Origin: Alphaproteobacteria bacterium
GTDB taxonomy: Bacteria; Pseudomonadota; Alphaproteobacteria; UBA828
Direction of reading: 5' to 3'
NCBI GenBank assembly: GCA_963422645.2
Contig: CAXXVO010000006.1
Location: 1-64,000 of the forward strand
Length of the DNA stretch: 64,000 nucleotides
The notes beneath the pieces were generated by a model. It worked only from the letters and a program-made list of their open reading frames with translations. It had not been told where the DNA came from and ran no database searches. Both the position numbers and the translations under genes were made by a program. This document shows positions 21,020-31,468 of this stretch, piece by piece. Position 1 is the first letter of the stretch. Every line of letters starts with the position of its first letter.

Positions 21020-23178
21020 CCCAGGTTGGCACTTTTTGTGTTCTGCTGTCGTTTATCGCTTTGATATGGCGCAATATTTTTCTCTGCCGATTCCAACATG
21101 GCACTACATTTTGTGAGATTCTGTCAGCTCGTCAGGCGGGTCCTCGTGCGGTGGATGGCGGGGTCAACACCCGCCGCCGAGGAGATTTGGGCGACCTCGG
21201 CGGCCGGGCGCGTGTCCTGGCGGTTGACGATCAAGGTGCCGTCGGTCTGGCGCAGTCGCGTGGTGATCCGCACCCAGGTCCGCATGCCCTCGCGGATCGA
21301 TGCCCAGCACTTGTGGATGCCCCGCGCGGCCAGTCGGGTACGGATCAGATGCACGGCGTGATAGGCCAGCACGGCGATCAGCAGGTGGGCCGCGATGCGA
21401 CGGTCGAGCTGGTGCCAGATCGGGCGAAGGCCGAGCTCGGATTTCAGGCTGCGGAAGGTGGCCTCGATGTCGGTGATGCGCCAGTAGGTCCGCAGGATCG
21501 TCTCGATATCCCAGTCGACGTGGCTGGTGCGCAGCACATAGGCGCCGGCGCCCTCGTCGGCCTCGTCGTATTGCGGCCTGCGCTTGAAGCGCACGGCGGC
21601 GGCGTTGGGGCCGGTTTTCGCCTTCTCGACCGTGACCTCGTAGTGTCTGGCGACGGTGGAGAAGCGCTGCTTGAGACGGCCAATGCTCTCCAGCACCCTG
21701 TCGTAGCGCTTGAGGCGGCCCTTGACCGGCAGGCCGCTATGGAGCCTTTCCAGCGCCGCCTCGAAGCGGTTCCGCCTGAGGCCGATGATCGCGTTCTCGG
21801 CCTTCTTCTTGCCCTCGCTGACGACGTAGAGCCGCGCCTCGCCGTCCTCGCTGGCAAGCCGCCAGGCGCGCACCTCGTGCCGCGCGCTGGTGATCAGCAG
21901 AGCCTCGGGCCCGCCCTCGGGCAGCGGCGGCCTGGCGCCGCGGCTGACCGCGATCCAGTCGTAGCCCTGCTCGCCCAGCCACGCGACGTTCTCCTCGGTG
22001 GCGATGCCCGCGTCCATGACCACCGTGGGCTTCGGCGCCGTGCCGCCGCACACCGCCTCGAGCCTGACCAGCGCGTCCTCCAGCGTGCCCGGCTCGCTCA
22101 CGTTGCCCGGCAGGATCTCGCAACTGCGCGGGAAGCCTGCGCCGTCGAGCGCCAGCGCCAGCGTGATCAGCGGACAGTCGTCGCGCTTCTGCTTGGAGCG
22201 CCCGAACCTGGGAAGCTGGCCGTGGGTGTGGCCGTGGTAGTGGACATTGGTGAGATCGTAAAAGGCGATCGTTTCGGGCAGGTCGAGCAGCGCGCGCTCG
22301 CGGTTGAACAGCTCCCGCTGAATGGCGGCCCGGTGGCGCCAGAGCAGGTCGCCGATGCGGTAGAGCGTCTTGCGCCGCAGCGCCTTGCGGTCGCCCTCCA
22401 GCCCCAGGAGCTCGGCGGTCGCGCTGTCGCGGCGCAGCCAGCGGCTGGTGTCACGCTCGCTGGCGGGATGGACCATCCTGGCGACGATCAGCGCGCTGGC
22501 GATGCGCCCGTCGCGGCCCTTGATATCGAGGCCGTGGAGGATGTCGGCGAAGCCGAGGTCGTCGAGGGCCTTGAGGCACAGGCGCTCGCAGCCGACCGTG
22601 CGCGGGTTCTCGTGCTCCAGGGTATCGAGGTCGACGGTGGCGATGTCGGGCTTGCGCGCCTCTTCCTGTATCGCCTCGGGGCGGAACCCCCTGGCCCTGA
22701 GCTTGGCGACGATGTCCTCGGCTGCGGCCTGCACGTCCGGCGCGGCTTCGAGCAGCGGCGGGCGGCCGTTGAGCAGCGCCTCGGCGAGTCCGGCAACTTC
22801 GCGCCATTTCTCCTTCGGCACCGGATAGTCGGTGCCGAGGTTGAGAAGCGTGCGCTGCCTGACCTTGTCGCCGATGCGCTGCGAGAGCACGAGGCGATGG
22901 CTGCGGACCGGCTTGCCTTCGGTAGTGTGGGTCTTGGTTGCCCTGATGAACATGTCGCCCGGCACGTTTTGGTCGTGGCGGGTTCAGATATGTCGGCTTT
23001 GGTGGTGGGGTCAAGGGAAATCCTGCAAACCCACCATTCCCTGGCACTACAAAGGGAGTTCGAGACGGCAATCGCAAATGTAGGGGCGTGCCCTTCTCGT
23101 CAACGCTATATCTGGTGTGTCAGCCGGAAAAACCTGGCCAATTCGGCCCCGAACAAACGGAAAAAGTGCCAACTTGGG
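21020..23178 (-). mobile_element. IS1634-family IS, TIRs CCCAGGTTGGCACTTTTT / AAAAAGTGCCAACTTGGG, flanked by TTAA
   Basis: 18-bp TIRs with one mismatch; TTAA at 21016-21019 and 23179-23182; internal GGCACTACA motifs near both ends. Confidence 0.88.
21124..22953 (-). CDS. IS1634-family transposase
   Basis: FYDLTN, FGRSKQKRDD, VVMDAGI, IEATFRSLKSELGLRPIWHQ. Confidence 0.92.
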   Translation of the reverse strand: MFIRATKTHTTEGKPVRSHRLVLSQRIGDKVRQRTLLNLGTDYPVPKEKWREVAGLAEALLNGRPPLLEAAPDVQAAAEDIVAKLRARGFRPEAIQEEARKPDIATVDLDTLEHENPRTVGCERLCLKALDDLGFADILHGLDIKGRDGRIASALIVARMVHPASERDTSRWLRRDSATAELLGLEGDRKALRRKTLYRIGDLLWRHRAAIQRELFNRERALLDLPETIAFYDLTNVHYHGHTHGQLPRFGRSKQKRDDCPLITLALALDGAGFPRSCEILPGNVSEPGTLEDALVRLEAVCGGTAPKPTVVMDAGIATEENVAWLGEQGYDWIAVSRGARPPLPEGGPEALLITSARHEVRAWRLASEDGEARLYVVSEGKKKAENAIIGLRRNRFEAALERLHSGLPVKGRLKRYDRVLESIGRLKQRFSTVARHYEVTVEKAKTGPNAAAVRFKRRPQYDEADEGAGAYVLRTSHVDWDIETILRTYWRITDIEATFRSLKSELGLRPIWHQLDRRIAAHLLIAVLAYHAVHLIRTRLAARGIHKCWASIREGMRTWVRITTRLRQTDGTLIVNRQDTRPAAEVAQISSAAGVDPAIHRTRTRLTS

Positions 23179-23509
23179 TTAAGTCGTGACTGACGAAGCG
23201 ACGGGGAAACGGCTTCATGCGATGCGCAGGGACGGCTCGCGCTTTCGGGGCCGCGAGCGGCGTCAAAGGCAGTGGATGCAAACTGGCGGGAGAACGGATT
23301 GCATTCGTAATTGCCAACGCGATCCCGACTTACTCCAGCGCCAGGCGGCGGGCGTTGCCAAGCGTTTGTCAACGTGGCTGTCCGCCCGCCGGATCGCGTA
23401 CCCCACCCCTTCCGCCCTAAGCGCAGCCCGCCTTCAGAACAGCCGATGCCCGGCCGACGCGCGTGCATCGGCTCCCCTCCTTGCGCGAATTCATCAGGAC
23501 CAGTCGATC

Positions 23510-24586
23510 ATGCGCCTCCCCGTTCCGCCTCGCACGGTACACTGGCTCGCAATTGTGCTGTTCTCCGCGTTGGTCGCGTTGCTCGCCACACCCGCACACG
23601 CGCAGACCGACGTCCCGAGCAACTGGCCGCTGATACCGTCGGGATTGAATACCGGCGACGAATTTCGCCTGTTGCTTGCGACGAAGCGGCCCATGCCGGC
23701 CACGTCGAACGACATCTCCGACTACGACGCCCATGTGCAATCTAATATCAGCGAGCGCGGTCACGTCCATATCCAGGCATATGCAGGCAATTTCAAGGTC
23801 CTGGGCTCCACGGCTACGGTCAACGTGCGCAGCCACACCGGGACGACGGGAACCGGCGGCGTTCCCATCTATTGGATCGGAGGGTTGCGAGTTGCGGACG
23901 ACTACGCCGATTTCTTTGACGGATCCTGGGCCAACAAACAGCAGGGCCGGTATCAGGACAGCTCTCGCATCTCGGGCAGCAGCCGCAACCAACTCCTTTG
24001 CACGGGCACGGCGGATGACGGCACGACGACGACCCTTCCTCTCGGCGGCGCAGACCCGGACGGCGACGGAGTCTCCGAATGCACCGCGACGACGATCAAT
24101 ACCACGACCGCCACGCTGAGCGGCAGGGCCAGAGATACGAGCGACTCGCCCCGCTATCTGGCGCTTTCCGGGGTCTTTCGCGTTGCCGCCGCCCCCGTCG
24201 TGCTCATCGAGAGCGTCGAAATCACTTCCGATTCCGGCGGCGACAAGGACTACGAGGCGGGAGACGAAATAGAGATCACCGTGACGTTCTCCGAAGCGGT
24301 CGCGGTCACCGGAACACCCCGCCTGAAGATCAAGCTGAACGGGACGAGAATGGCCGAGTATGTCGGCTCCGGCAGCACTGCGGCCGATCTCGTGTTTTCC
24401 TACACGGTAACGGACAGGGATTACGATCTCGACGGAGTCAGCCTGCCCAGCAACGGCCTTCGACTCAATGGGGGAACGATCAAGAGCCAGGCCGACGGCA
24501 CCGACGCTCTGCTGGATCTCACCGCAGTACCGGGCGGCCCGGCATACCGTTACGTCGACCCGCCCACGTGGGAAGAAATTTCGTAA
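23510..24586 (+). pseudogene. N-terminal part of a large secreted/surface protein, truncated by IS remnants
   Basis: Signal peptide ending AHAQ; VPSNWPLIPSGL-GDEFRLL domain; Ig-like module YEAGDEIEITVTFSEAV...FSYTV. The sequence switches to IS-like DNA at about 24530. Confidence 0.7.
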
Positions 24587-24990
24587 CTGCCCAGGTTCTT
24601 GCTGTGAAAATTCTCTGGGATAAGGGCACAACGCTACCCACGCGACGCCCGTGTGCTCCTCTGGGGTCGCCGGGTTTCACAGCTCACGATGCCCCTCTTG
24701 CGGACTGCGACCGGTAAGCTACCCCGATGTGGCCCGAAGTCCGCCCGCGCGACGGGCACCGATTTTCATTCTATGGGGTGGTCCAGCACGGCGTCGACCA
24801 TGATCGTTTATGAGAATGGCTCCGCTGTTGGAGAACCCGTGCCAGGTGAGCTTACGCGCACTTGACGGTGGCGATGAGCCGATCCGATGGGCTGGTCAGG
24901 GCTTCGATGATATTCCAGCCCTGCTTTCTGGCGGTGGTGATGACGCTGCGCAGGATGGCGAAGTTCTCGGCCCCCTGCGCGGACCAATGG
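24583..24990 (-). mobile_element. IS66-family remnant (transposase C-terminus plus one end)
   Basis: GAENFAILRSVITTARKQGWNIIEAL* and terminal GTAACTGCCCAGG. Confidence 0.7.
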
Positions 24991-25349
24991 CATTCATTTG
25001 GCGCGAAGATTGTTCCGGGGTTTTTTTGGTGGTGTCGTAACGAGTTGATTTCTTGTGTGGATTGTCGGTCTCGGCGTTTCCCGCACGAGGGGGATTGACC
25101 GGCGGCGTGTGCTTTGGCACACTGTGGCTGTCCCCCTGTCAGTGGAGCCGGCCCATGGACCCCCGCATCACCGCGCTGAAGTCGACGACCTTTTTCGGCA
25201 GACGTCTGACCCGCCGGCAGATTGCCGACATCCAGGAGACGGTGGCGCTGTTTCCGGCGATCAGCCGCAACGAGCTCGGGCACACGATCTGCGAGCATTT
25301 GAACTGGCGCGCGCCGAGCGGGCGGAACCGTGTCGCGGTCTGCCTGCGG
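24991..25349 (+). mobile_element. Left-end remnant of a DUF4338/IS4-like element, cut by a MITE
   Basis: ORF MDPRITALKSTTFFGRRLTRRQIADIQETVALFPAISRNELGHTICEHLNW stops abruptly at MITE copy D. Confidence 0.55.
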
Positions 25350-25441
25350 TGTTGTTAAGCGCGCCAAACTGACCCCCACTAATCAAACTAAAACAATGAG
25401 TTAGAGCGCCGACCGGCGGGGAACTGTCGCGCTTAACAACA
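25350..25441 (-). mobile_element. 92-bp IS21-type MITE, copy D (reverse orientation)
   Basis: Perfect 14-bp TIR TGTTGTTAAGCGCG / CGCGCTTAACAACA. Confidence 0.85.
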
Positions 25442-25477
25442 TACAGGCTGCCGTTGCCGATGCTCCAGCCAGACGCC

Positions 25478-25760
25478 TGACCTGTCCCCAGCGACCGGTC
25501 CAGTTCGAATGTGAGTGCCTAGACGGTTTGGACTTGCCCCCGATGTTGGACCGCCGGATGCGAGAAAATCCCGGCTCATTTGCTTCAGGGCGGGCATGCC
25601 GATCCTGAGGCCCTGGCTAGTTCGATCAGGGCTTTCTGGCCGATCGAGCTATGCGGACGGAACTCATTGCAATCCCTTCGCCACGCCTCGCACCGGGATT
25701 GCGCATCTTCCAGACTCAGTGACCTGCCCCGGCGAAACCAAGGCCCCTCGCTTCTCTTCT
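25478..25760 (-). mobile_element. IS3-family remnants (ends and OrfB C-terminus)
   Basis: SLEDAQSRCEAWRRDCNEFRPHSSIG; TGACCTGTCCCC and TGACCTGCCCC end motifs. 25478-25548 resembles 38149-38218. Confidence 0.7.
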
Positions 25761-25947
25761 GAAAGCCTTGTGTCCGCGATGAGTGTGAGGCCAAGCGTAC
25801 CTACGAAATAATCGATTGCCTCTTGATAGTCTGGGATCAAATTCGTAACAGCTCAATCGTCGCCGTCGAAATTCGTTGAGGTCACGAAAATCCCGCCCCC
25901 CGTGGTTGACGAGGGGCGGTTAGCACTAAGAGCCGGTGGTGATCGGC

Positions 25948-26337
25948 TTATTTGATTTCCAGGGCCGAGGTGAGCAAATTGGCACAGGCCTCAGCCACAT
26001 CGCTGTCCGGCTCCAACCCGCCGGGGAAAGTTGCCCAGCCGGCTTCTATCAGATGGCTGTCGCGTTGCCACGATTTGACCGCGGCGAGATTAGCGACCAT
26101 GCCATTTTCGGCATTGGCCGCCTCCTCGAATTTCGCGGCGCAAATCGGGGCCAGAGCCTGGACCGTTGCTGCTTGCGCCGCCGCTTCGGCGTTCTTGGTG
26201 GCAGTGCTACCGAGAAGCAATACACCCGTAGCAAAGCCGATGATCAAGGTGGCAGCCACACCCACCACTAACCCTTGCAAGAGACGTGTCGGAGATTTTC
26301 CATCAACATATGAAGATAAGAATGAAGGCTTTCGCAT
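25948..26337 (-). CDS. Conserved hypothetical membrane-anchored protein
   Basis: N-terminal TM helix, ALAPIC..KF and GWATFPG motifs, GAGAGG RBS; hairpin at about 25893-25920 downstream. Confidence 0.7.
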   Translation of the reverse strand: MRKPSFLSSYVDGKSPTRLLQGLVVGVAATLIIGFATGVLLLGSTATKNAEAAAQAATVQALAPICAAKFEEAANAENGMVANLAAVKSWQRDSHLIEAGWATFPGGLEPDSDVAEACANLLTSALEIK

Positions 26338-26485
26338 GGGACATCCTCTCCCATATCGAGAGCGGAATGTTCCACTCTACCACGTTCACCGTAGCAGGCA
26401 TGTCCCTCTCTTGCTAGGCGACCTGAGGTGGCCCCGGAAAATCGGACCGATCGCTAAGGTGCATTCCACCGCCTGACGGAGGAAA

Positions 26486-26677
26486 TGGGATGGACGCCTC
26501 CCTCCCCCTCATGTCCGTCGGCCGGCGGGTTGAGTTGGCCCCTCACGGGCCGACGGCATCAAAGTGCCAAGTGTGAAGAGAAAGCTCTTCGTGGGCAAAC
26601 CGGAGGGCCCAAGATGAAGACTTTCAGAACGGTCGTCGGCGTGGAGACGGCGAAACGGGTGTTCCAGTTGCACGGGG
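26486..26677 (+). mobile_element. IS110/IS1111-type left-end remnant, cut by a MITE
   Basis: ATGGACGCCTCC...GACGGCATCAAAGTGCCAAGTG leader, GGAGG RBS, then MKTFRTVVGVETAKRVFQLHGV. Confidence 0.7.
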
Positions 26678-26769
26678 TGTTGTCTAGCGCGCAGATTGGA
26701 CGCCGATCGGCGTGGTAAGGCATTGATTCGCGTCGATTCCAGGGGGTCAAACGGCGATTCCGAACAACA
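26678..26769 (+). mobile_element. 92-bp IS21-type MITE, copy E
   Basis: TGTTGTCTAGCGCG...CCGAACAACA. Confidence 0.8.
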
Positions 26770-27116
26770 GCCCAGACCCTGGCAGTCTAACCGCGAGGCG
26801 CCGACTGCGGGCAGCGGCGGCAACTCGGCCCTCGTCTGTGGAGCCAACGCGCCGCACCGTCTATCCATATATTCCACGCGATCCCGGCAAGACCGCCATA
26901 CACCCGATTTTGCGGTCCTAAGGACCCGTCTAGGGGTGTGTACATTCGTCGTGATTGGCGCGGATCAACGTGCGGGACGCTTGCGTTCCGGGCGCGGCAA
27001 TCGACTGGTTCTCCACATTCAACACCTACCCCGGGGCAAGGAGCCGAGGCTATCCTGCCGCTCGGAGCGTCAGGGCCGCAACTGCATCTAGTCTTGGACA
27101 CTTTGGGAGTGATGAC

Positions 27117-27773
27117 ATGACGACGCGAAGGCTGGTCCTCTGGGGCGCCGGCACGATGCGGACCCACCGCACGCTCTGGCTCGCGGAGGAATTGGGCCTC
27201 GACTACGAGCACCGTCCGATCGGCCCACGAACCGGCGAGACCAAGACCGAGGAATTCCTGGCGATCAACCCGCGGCACAAGATCCCGGCGATGGTCCACG
27301 GCGATATCTGCCTGACCGAGAGCGCGGCGATCATGACCTACATGACCGAGACCTTTCCGGTGCCGGATCACGTCCATGTGCCCGACGACGCGCTCGGGCG
27401 GGCGCGGCTGCTCGAATGGTGCTTCTTCACCATGAGCGAGCTCGACGCCAACGCAATCTACAGCATCCGGCGCCACGGGGACCTGGTCCAGGAATACGGC
27501 GCCTCGCCGATCGCCGTCCGCGCGGCGATCGAATATTTCGACCACCAGCTCGAATGCATGGAGGAAAGGATCGCCGGCGCCGGCCCCTTCCTGATGGGGG
27601 CGAAGATCAGCATCGCCGACATTCTCTTCATGTCCTGCCTGGATGCCGCCGAGCACTACGAACTCGCCTTGCCGGACTACCTGCGCGACTACCGCATCCG
27701 CATGCGGACGCGTCCGGCTTACGCGGAGACATATCCGCGGAACTATGGCGGGCGCAGCGCGCCGGAGGTCTGA
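27117..27773 (+). CDS. Glutathione S-transferase family protein
   Basis: EFLAINPRHKIP, LTESAAI, ISIADI. Confidence 0.92.
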   Translation: MTTRRLVLWGAGTMRTHRTLWLAEELGLDYEHRPIGPRTGETKTEEFLAINPRHKIPAMVHGDICLTESAAIMTYMTETFPVPDHVHVPDDALGRARLLEWCFFTMSELDANAIYSIRRHGDLVQEYGASPIAVRAAIEYFDHQLECMEERIAGAGPFLMGAKISIADILFMSCLDAAEHYELALPDYLRDYRIRMRTRPAYAETYPRNYGGRSAPEV

Positions 27774-27776
27774 GCC

Positions 27777-28979
27777 ATGCCCGGCCCGCTCGACGGCGTC
27801 CGCGTTATTGATCTGACGACCATGGTCTCGGGGCCGGTGGCGACCATGATGCTCGCCGACCAGGGCGCCGACGTGATCAAGATCGAAGCGCCGGCCGGCG
27901 ACATCATGCGGCACTACGGTGTCGTCCACCGCGGCATGTCCGCCACCTTCCTGTCCTGCAACCGGTCGAAACGCTCGCTCTGCGTCGACCTCAAGACCGC
28001 AGACGGTCTCGCCATCGTGCGCAAGCTCGCCACGACCGCCGACGTGCTGGTGCAGAACTTCCGGCCCGGCGCGATCGAGCGCATGGGCCTCGGCGAGGAC
28101 ATCGTTCGCGAACTCAAGCCCGACATCGTCTTCGTCTCGATCAGCGGCTTCGGCGAGTCGGGGCCCTATGCGCACCAACGGGTCTACGATTCAGTCATCC
28201 AGGCGCTTTGCGGACTCTGCGACATCCAGACCGACAACGAGACGGGCCGTCCGCACATGGTGCGCACCATCGTCCCCGACAAGACGACATCGCTGACCGC
28301 GGCGCAGGCGATCACGGCGGCGTTGTTCGCGCGCGAACGCACCGGCAAGGGCCAGCACGTCCACCTCGCCATGCTCGACACCATGGTCGCCTACCTGTGG
28401 CCCGAGGCGAGCTCGCCGCTCACCTTTCTCCAGAACGAGCAGGACCCGGCGCAGGAACAGGCGGGGCCCGATCTGATTTTTCGGACTGCGGACGGCTACA
28501 TCACCGCGGCGGCCGTCACAGACGCGGAATGGGCGGGAATGTGCCGCGCCTTCGGCCGCGAGGAGCTGATCCTGGACCCGCGCTTCACAACCGCCGCTGC
28601 GCGCGGCCACAACCGGACCGAGCGGCGGACGATCATGAACCGGGAGATTGCCACGTGGCCGACGGCGGAAATCCTCGCGCGTCTCGAGCGCGAGATCGTG
28701 CCCGCCGCACCGGTGCTCAAGCGCGGCGAGGTGATCGCGGACGCCCAGGTGGTTCAGAACGGGATCATCGAGGTCCGCGAGGACCGCGATCTCGGCCCGG
28801 TGCGCCAGCCAAGGCCGGCGGCCCGTTTCGCCGAAACCCCGGCCGAAATCCGGTCTATCGCGCCCTGGCTCGGCGCCGACAACGCGACGATCCTCGAAGA
28901 GCTCGGCTACGACGAAGCGGACATCGCGCAGCTCGCCGAAGACCGGGTGGTGCATCGGCGAGAGCCTGAGACCATTTAG
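27777..28979 (+). CDS. CaiB/BaiF family III CoA-transferase
   Basis: PLDGVRVIDLT, LADQGADVIKIE, NRSKRSL, NFRPG. Confidence 0.94.
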   Translation: MPGPLDGVRVIDLTTMVSGPVATMMLADQGADVIKIEAPAGDIMRHYGVVHRGMSATFLSCNRSKRSLCVDLKTADGLAIVRKLATTADVLVQNFRPGAIERMGLGEDIVRELKPDIVFVSISGFGESGPYAHQRVYDSVIQALCGLCDIQTDNETGRPHMVRTIVPDKTTSLTAAQAITAALFARERTGKGQHVHLAMLDTMVAYLWPEASSPLTFLQNEQDPAQEQAGPDLIFRTADGYITAAAVTDAEWAGMCRAFGREELILDPRFTTAAARGHNRTERRTIMNREIATWPTAEILARLEREIVPAAPVLKRGEVIADAQVVQNGIIEVREDRDLGPVRQPRPAARFAETPAEIRSIAPWLGADNATILEELGYDEADIAQLAEDRVVHRREPETI

Positions 28980-29530
28980 CCGCTGCTGTTGGAAGCTCTC
29001 GTGCGCATCTTGGCGTGGCGGCGGAGGTCGGGCCAGCCATACGCACACTCGCTGAGGACGACGCCGTGGAACGGCTCCTCGCGCGTCGCGATGAGGGTGC
29101 CGCCCATGGCCTCGTAGAAAAAGCGAGCCGGGTTCCCCGCCAAGACCCAGACCAGGGCGCTCCGACAGCCGGCGGCCGAGAGTGCCGAGAAGAGCGCGCC
29201 GAGCAGACCCCGACCATAACCGCCACCCTGACGATCCGGCAGGACGTAGAGCGTGTAGACCTCCCCGTCATAGGGCAGGTTCGTCGGCCGCGCACGGCCG
29301 GCATTGGCGAAGCCGACGATGCATGAGTCCGGTGCCTCGGCCACGCGCGTGATAGAGTCCGCCCGGGTGTCGCGCAGAATCCCACGCCAGCTCTCGATGT
29401 GGCTCGTGCGGGACAGGCCCAGAAGCGTCCGATCGGGGATCAGCCCGGCATAAGTGTCACGCCACGTCTCGACCTGGATGTCGGCGATCGCGGAGGCGTC
29501 CGATAGACACGCTGGTCTGATCCGCACCAT
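28976..29530 (-). CDS. GNAT acetyltransferase
   Basis: LYVLPDRQGGGYG, NPARFFYEAMG. Confidence 0.9.
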   Translation of the reverse strand: MVRIRPACLSDASAIADIQVETWRDTYAGLIPDRTLLGLSRTSHIESWRGILRDTRADSITRVAEAPDSCIVGFANAGRARPTNLPYDGEVYTLYVLPDRQGGGYGRGLLGALFSALSAAGCRSALVWVLAGNPARFFYEAMGGTLIATREEPFHGVVLSECAYGWPDLRRHAKMRTRASNSSG

Positions 29531-29659
29531 GATCCCCGGATAGCACAGGCGACCGCCGATGCGAACGCCGCGGACAGGCCGGGCCCGGGTCCCACCGGCT
29601 CGTGAGTCGCGGCCTTCGGACTGAGCGCGAATTCCCTCAACGCCAGCGATCTGTGAGCA

Positions 29660-29958
29660 GTTTGGCGGAAGAGCCGATAGTCGCGCCAGAAGTTATCCGT
29701 TGTCAGAAACAGGAATACACGTCCACCCGACTGGTTTCCAATCGCACCGTTCTGCCGTTCGCCTTTCGCTTTGGCCAGAAGAAGAGATGTGCCGGTCCCT
29801 GGCAAAACCAAGACCCATCGCTTCTCTCCTGAAAGCCTCGTGTCCTCGATAAGTGTGAAGCCGAGCGTACTTACAAAATAATCGATCGCCTCTTCATAGT
29901 CTGGAACCAAAATCGTGACGGCTCTAACAGACCTCCGAGGGATGTCGGATTCTGTCAT
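29660..29958 (-). pseudogene. Truncated VOC family gene
   Basis: VPDYEEAIDYF...KRWV...GNQSGGRVFLFLTTDNFWRDY, then similarity is lost; lower GC. Confidence 0.7.
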
Positions 29959-30140
29959 GTCCGTTTCCCGATTGTTTCAGGGATAGGTACACCCCTACAG
30001 TCGATCGGCTGTTCGCACTCATTCTCCCACGGCGCCGACCCGGCCGGCGGGGGCGAATGCGTGTTGCGGGCGTGTGGCGGTCATTTCTCTCGTGCGGTCC
30101 GATGAGTCAGTCGCCCCCCGCCGGCCCTGCCGCTTCAAGT

Positions 30141-30503
30141 CTAAGCGCCGGCCGGCACCCAGCGGGGCAGCGGCGTGCCGCCGCAATAGTGATTCTCTGC
30201 CGGGTTCTCGCGGAACACGACATAGATGTCGGCGGCATCGACGCCCATCGTATCGTTCAGGATTTCGGCAATGGCGTCGACCAGCGCCTTCTTGCGTTCC
30301 GGCTCGCGGCCCGGCCGCAAATCGACTTCGACCAGTGGCACGCCGTCGCCGATCTCGCCGACCACCTCGCGCACGGCGACATAGTCGTACTTGGTCTGCT
30401 TGGGGGCGAGGGTCCTGAGCACCGCCGCCTTGACCGCAATGCGGATGGATTCCTGCGTGGCTGCGGGTGTGCCGGCGGGGACTTCGACGCGAATGACGGG
30501 CAT
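30141..30503 (-). CDS. Tautomerase/MIF superfamily protein
   Basis: Met-Pro start, two beta-alpha-beta units, GRxxExKKAL. Confidence 0.85.
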   Translation of the reverse strand: MPVIRVEVPAGTPAATQESIRIAVKAAVLRTLAPKQTKYDYVAVREVVGEIGDGVPLVEVDLRPGREPERKKALVDAIAEILNDTMGVDAADIYVVFRENPAENHYCGGTPLPRWVPAGA

Positions 30504-30641
30504 CGGCGGGGGCTCCTTTTGTAGACGTCAGAGTTGAGTGCGATCCGCTCTTCGAAACATCGTGTTGCCTGGGCTCGAACGCGAACTCAACCCCGGCGAG
30601 AACTCCTTGCCGGGCCGGGATGATGGGATATCCCGGACGAT

Positions 30642-31364
30642 TTACGGCGCGACCAGGAGACGGCCGGTTACGCCGTGGCGATCGATCAGACGGGCGACGA
30701 GACCACTCGCCTTGGCCTCTTCGACGAAGGCGGCCAGGAAGGCGGCGGCCGCACGGTTGGTCGTTGCGGTGCCCACCGCCTGCCGCACGGCCGTGAAGCG
30801 GCCGTCGAGATTCCGCGCGCCGGGGAGTTTGTCGGCGTCCGCGATCAAACCGGGCCTGAGGCCGGCGAGCGCGTCGAGCTTCTCGTTCACGAAGAGCTCG
30901 AAGGCGGCCGCAAGACCCTTCGCGCGTACCAACTCGGCGTGCTTGAGATGGCGCGTGAGGTACAGGTCATAGGCGCTCCTGTCCGACACCGCGATGCGGA
31001 TGCCGGGGCTGTCGACGTCGTCGATCACAGCGAGGGAGCTGCCCTCGGGAACCATGTAAGTCGCCTCGATCTCGACGTATGGCGGAGAGAACGCGATCGT
31101 CTTCGCCCGCGCGGGCTCCGCGGCGATGAGGCCGATGTCCCAGAGATCCCGTCCCGCCGCATCGGTGAGCTCCCCAGGCGACGCGAAGGTGACATAGGAG
31201 ACCGCGACACCCAACCGATCGGCGAGCGCGAGCGCCATGTCGGGCGCGACACCGATCGGATCGCCCGACGATGCCCTGCCCGTCACCAGCAGGAAGTTGG
31301 ACAGGTTGATCCCTGCGCGCAGGGTGCCGCTCGGTGCAAGCTCGGAGAGGATGTCTTGGTCCAT
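30642..31364 (-). CDS. ABC-type substrate-binding domain protein (family 3)
   Basis: LAPSGTLRAGINLSN, FSPPYVEIE, SAYDLYL. Confidence 0.85.
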   Translation of the reverse strand: MDQDILSELAPSGTLRAGINLSNFLLVTGRASSGDPIGVAPDMALALADRLGVAVSYVTFASPGELTDAAGRDLWDIGLIAAEPARAKTIAFSPPYVEIEATYMVPEGSSLAVIDDVDSPGIRIAVSDRSAYDLYLTRHLKHAELVRAKGLAAAFELFVNEKLDALAGLRPGLIADADKLPGARNLDGRFTAVRQAVGTATTNRAAAAFLAAFVEEAKASGLVARLIDRHGVTGRLLVAP

Positions 31365-31468
31365 GATCGACGAGGCTCTGCAGGGGTCGGATGAATTCCT
31401 AGCCAGGGGGGCTCCGTTTAGCCAAGTCTCAAGGTCGTCCTGCGCTTGTCCGATTGCAAGGCAAACGA

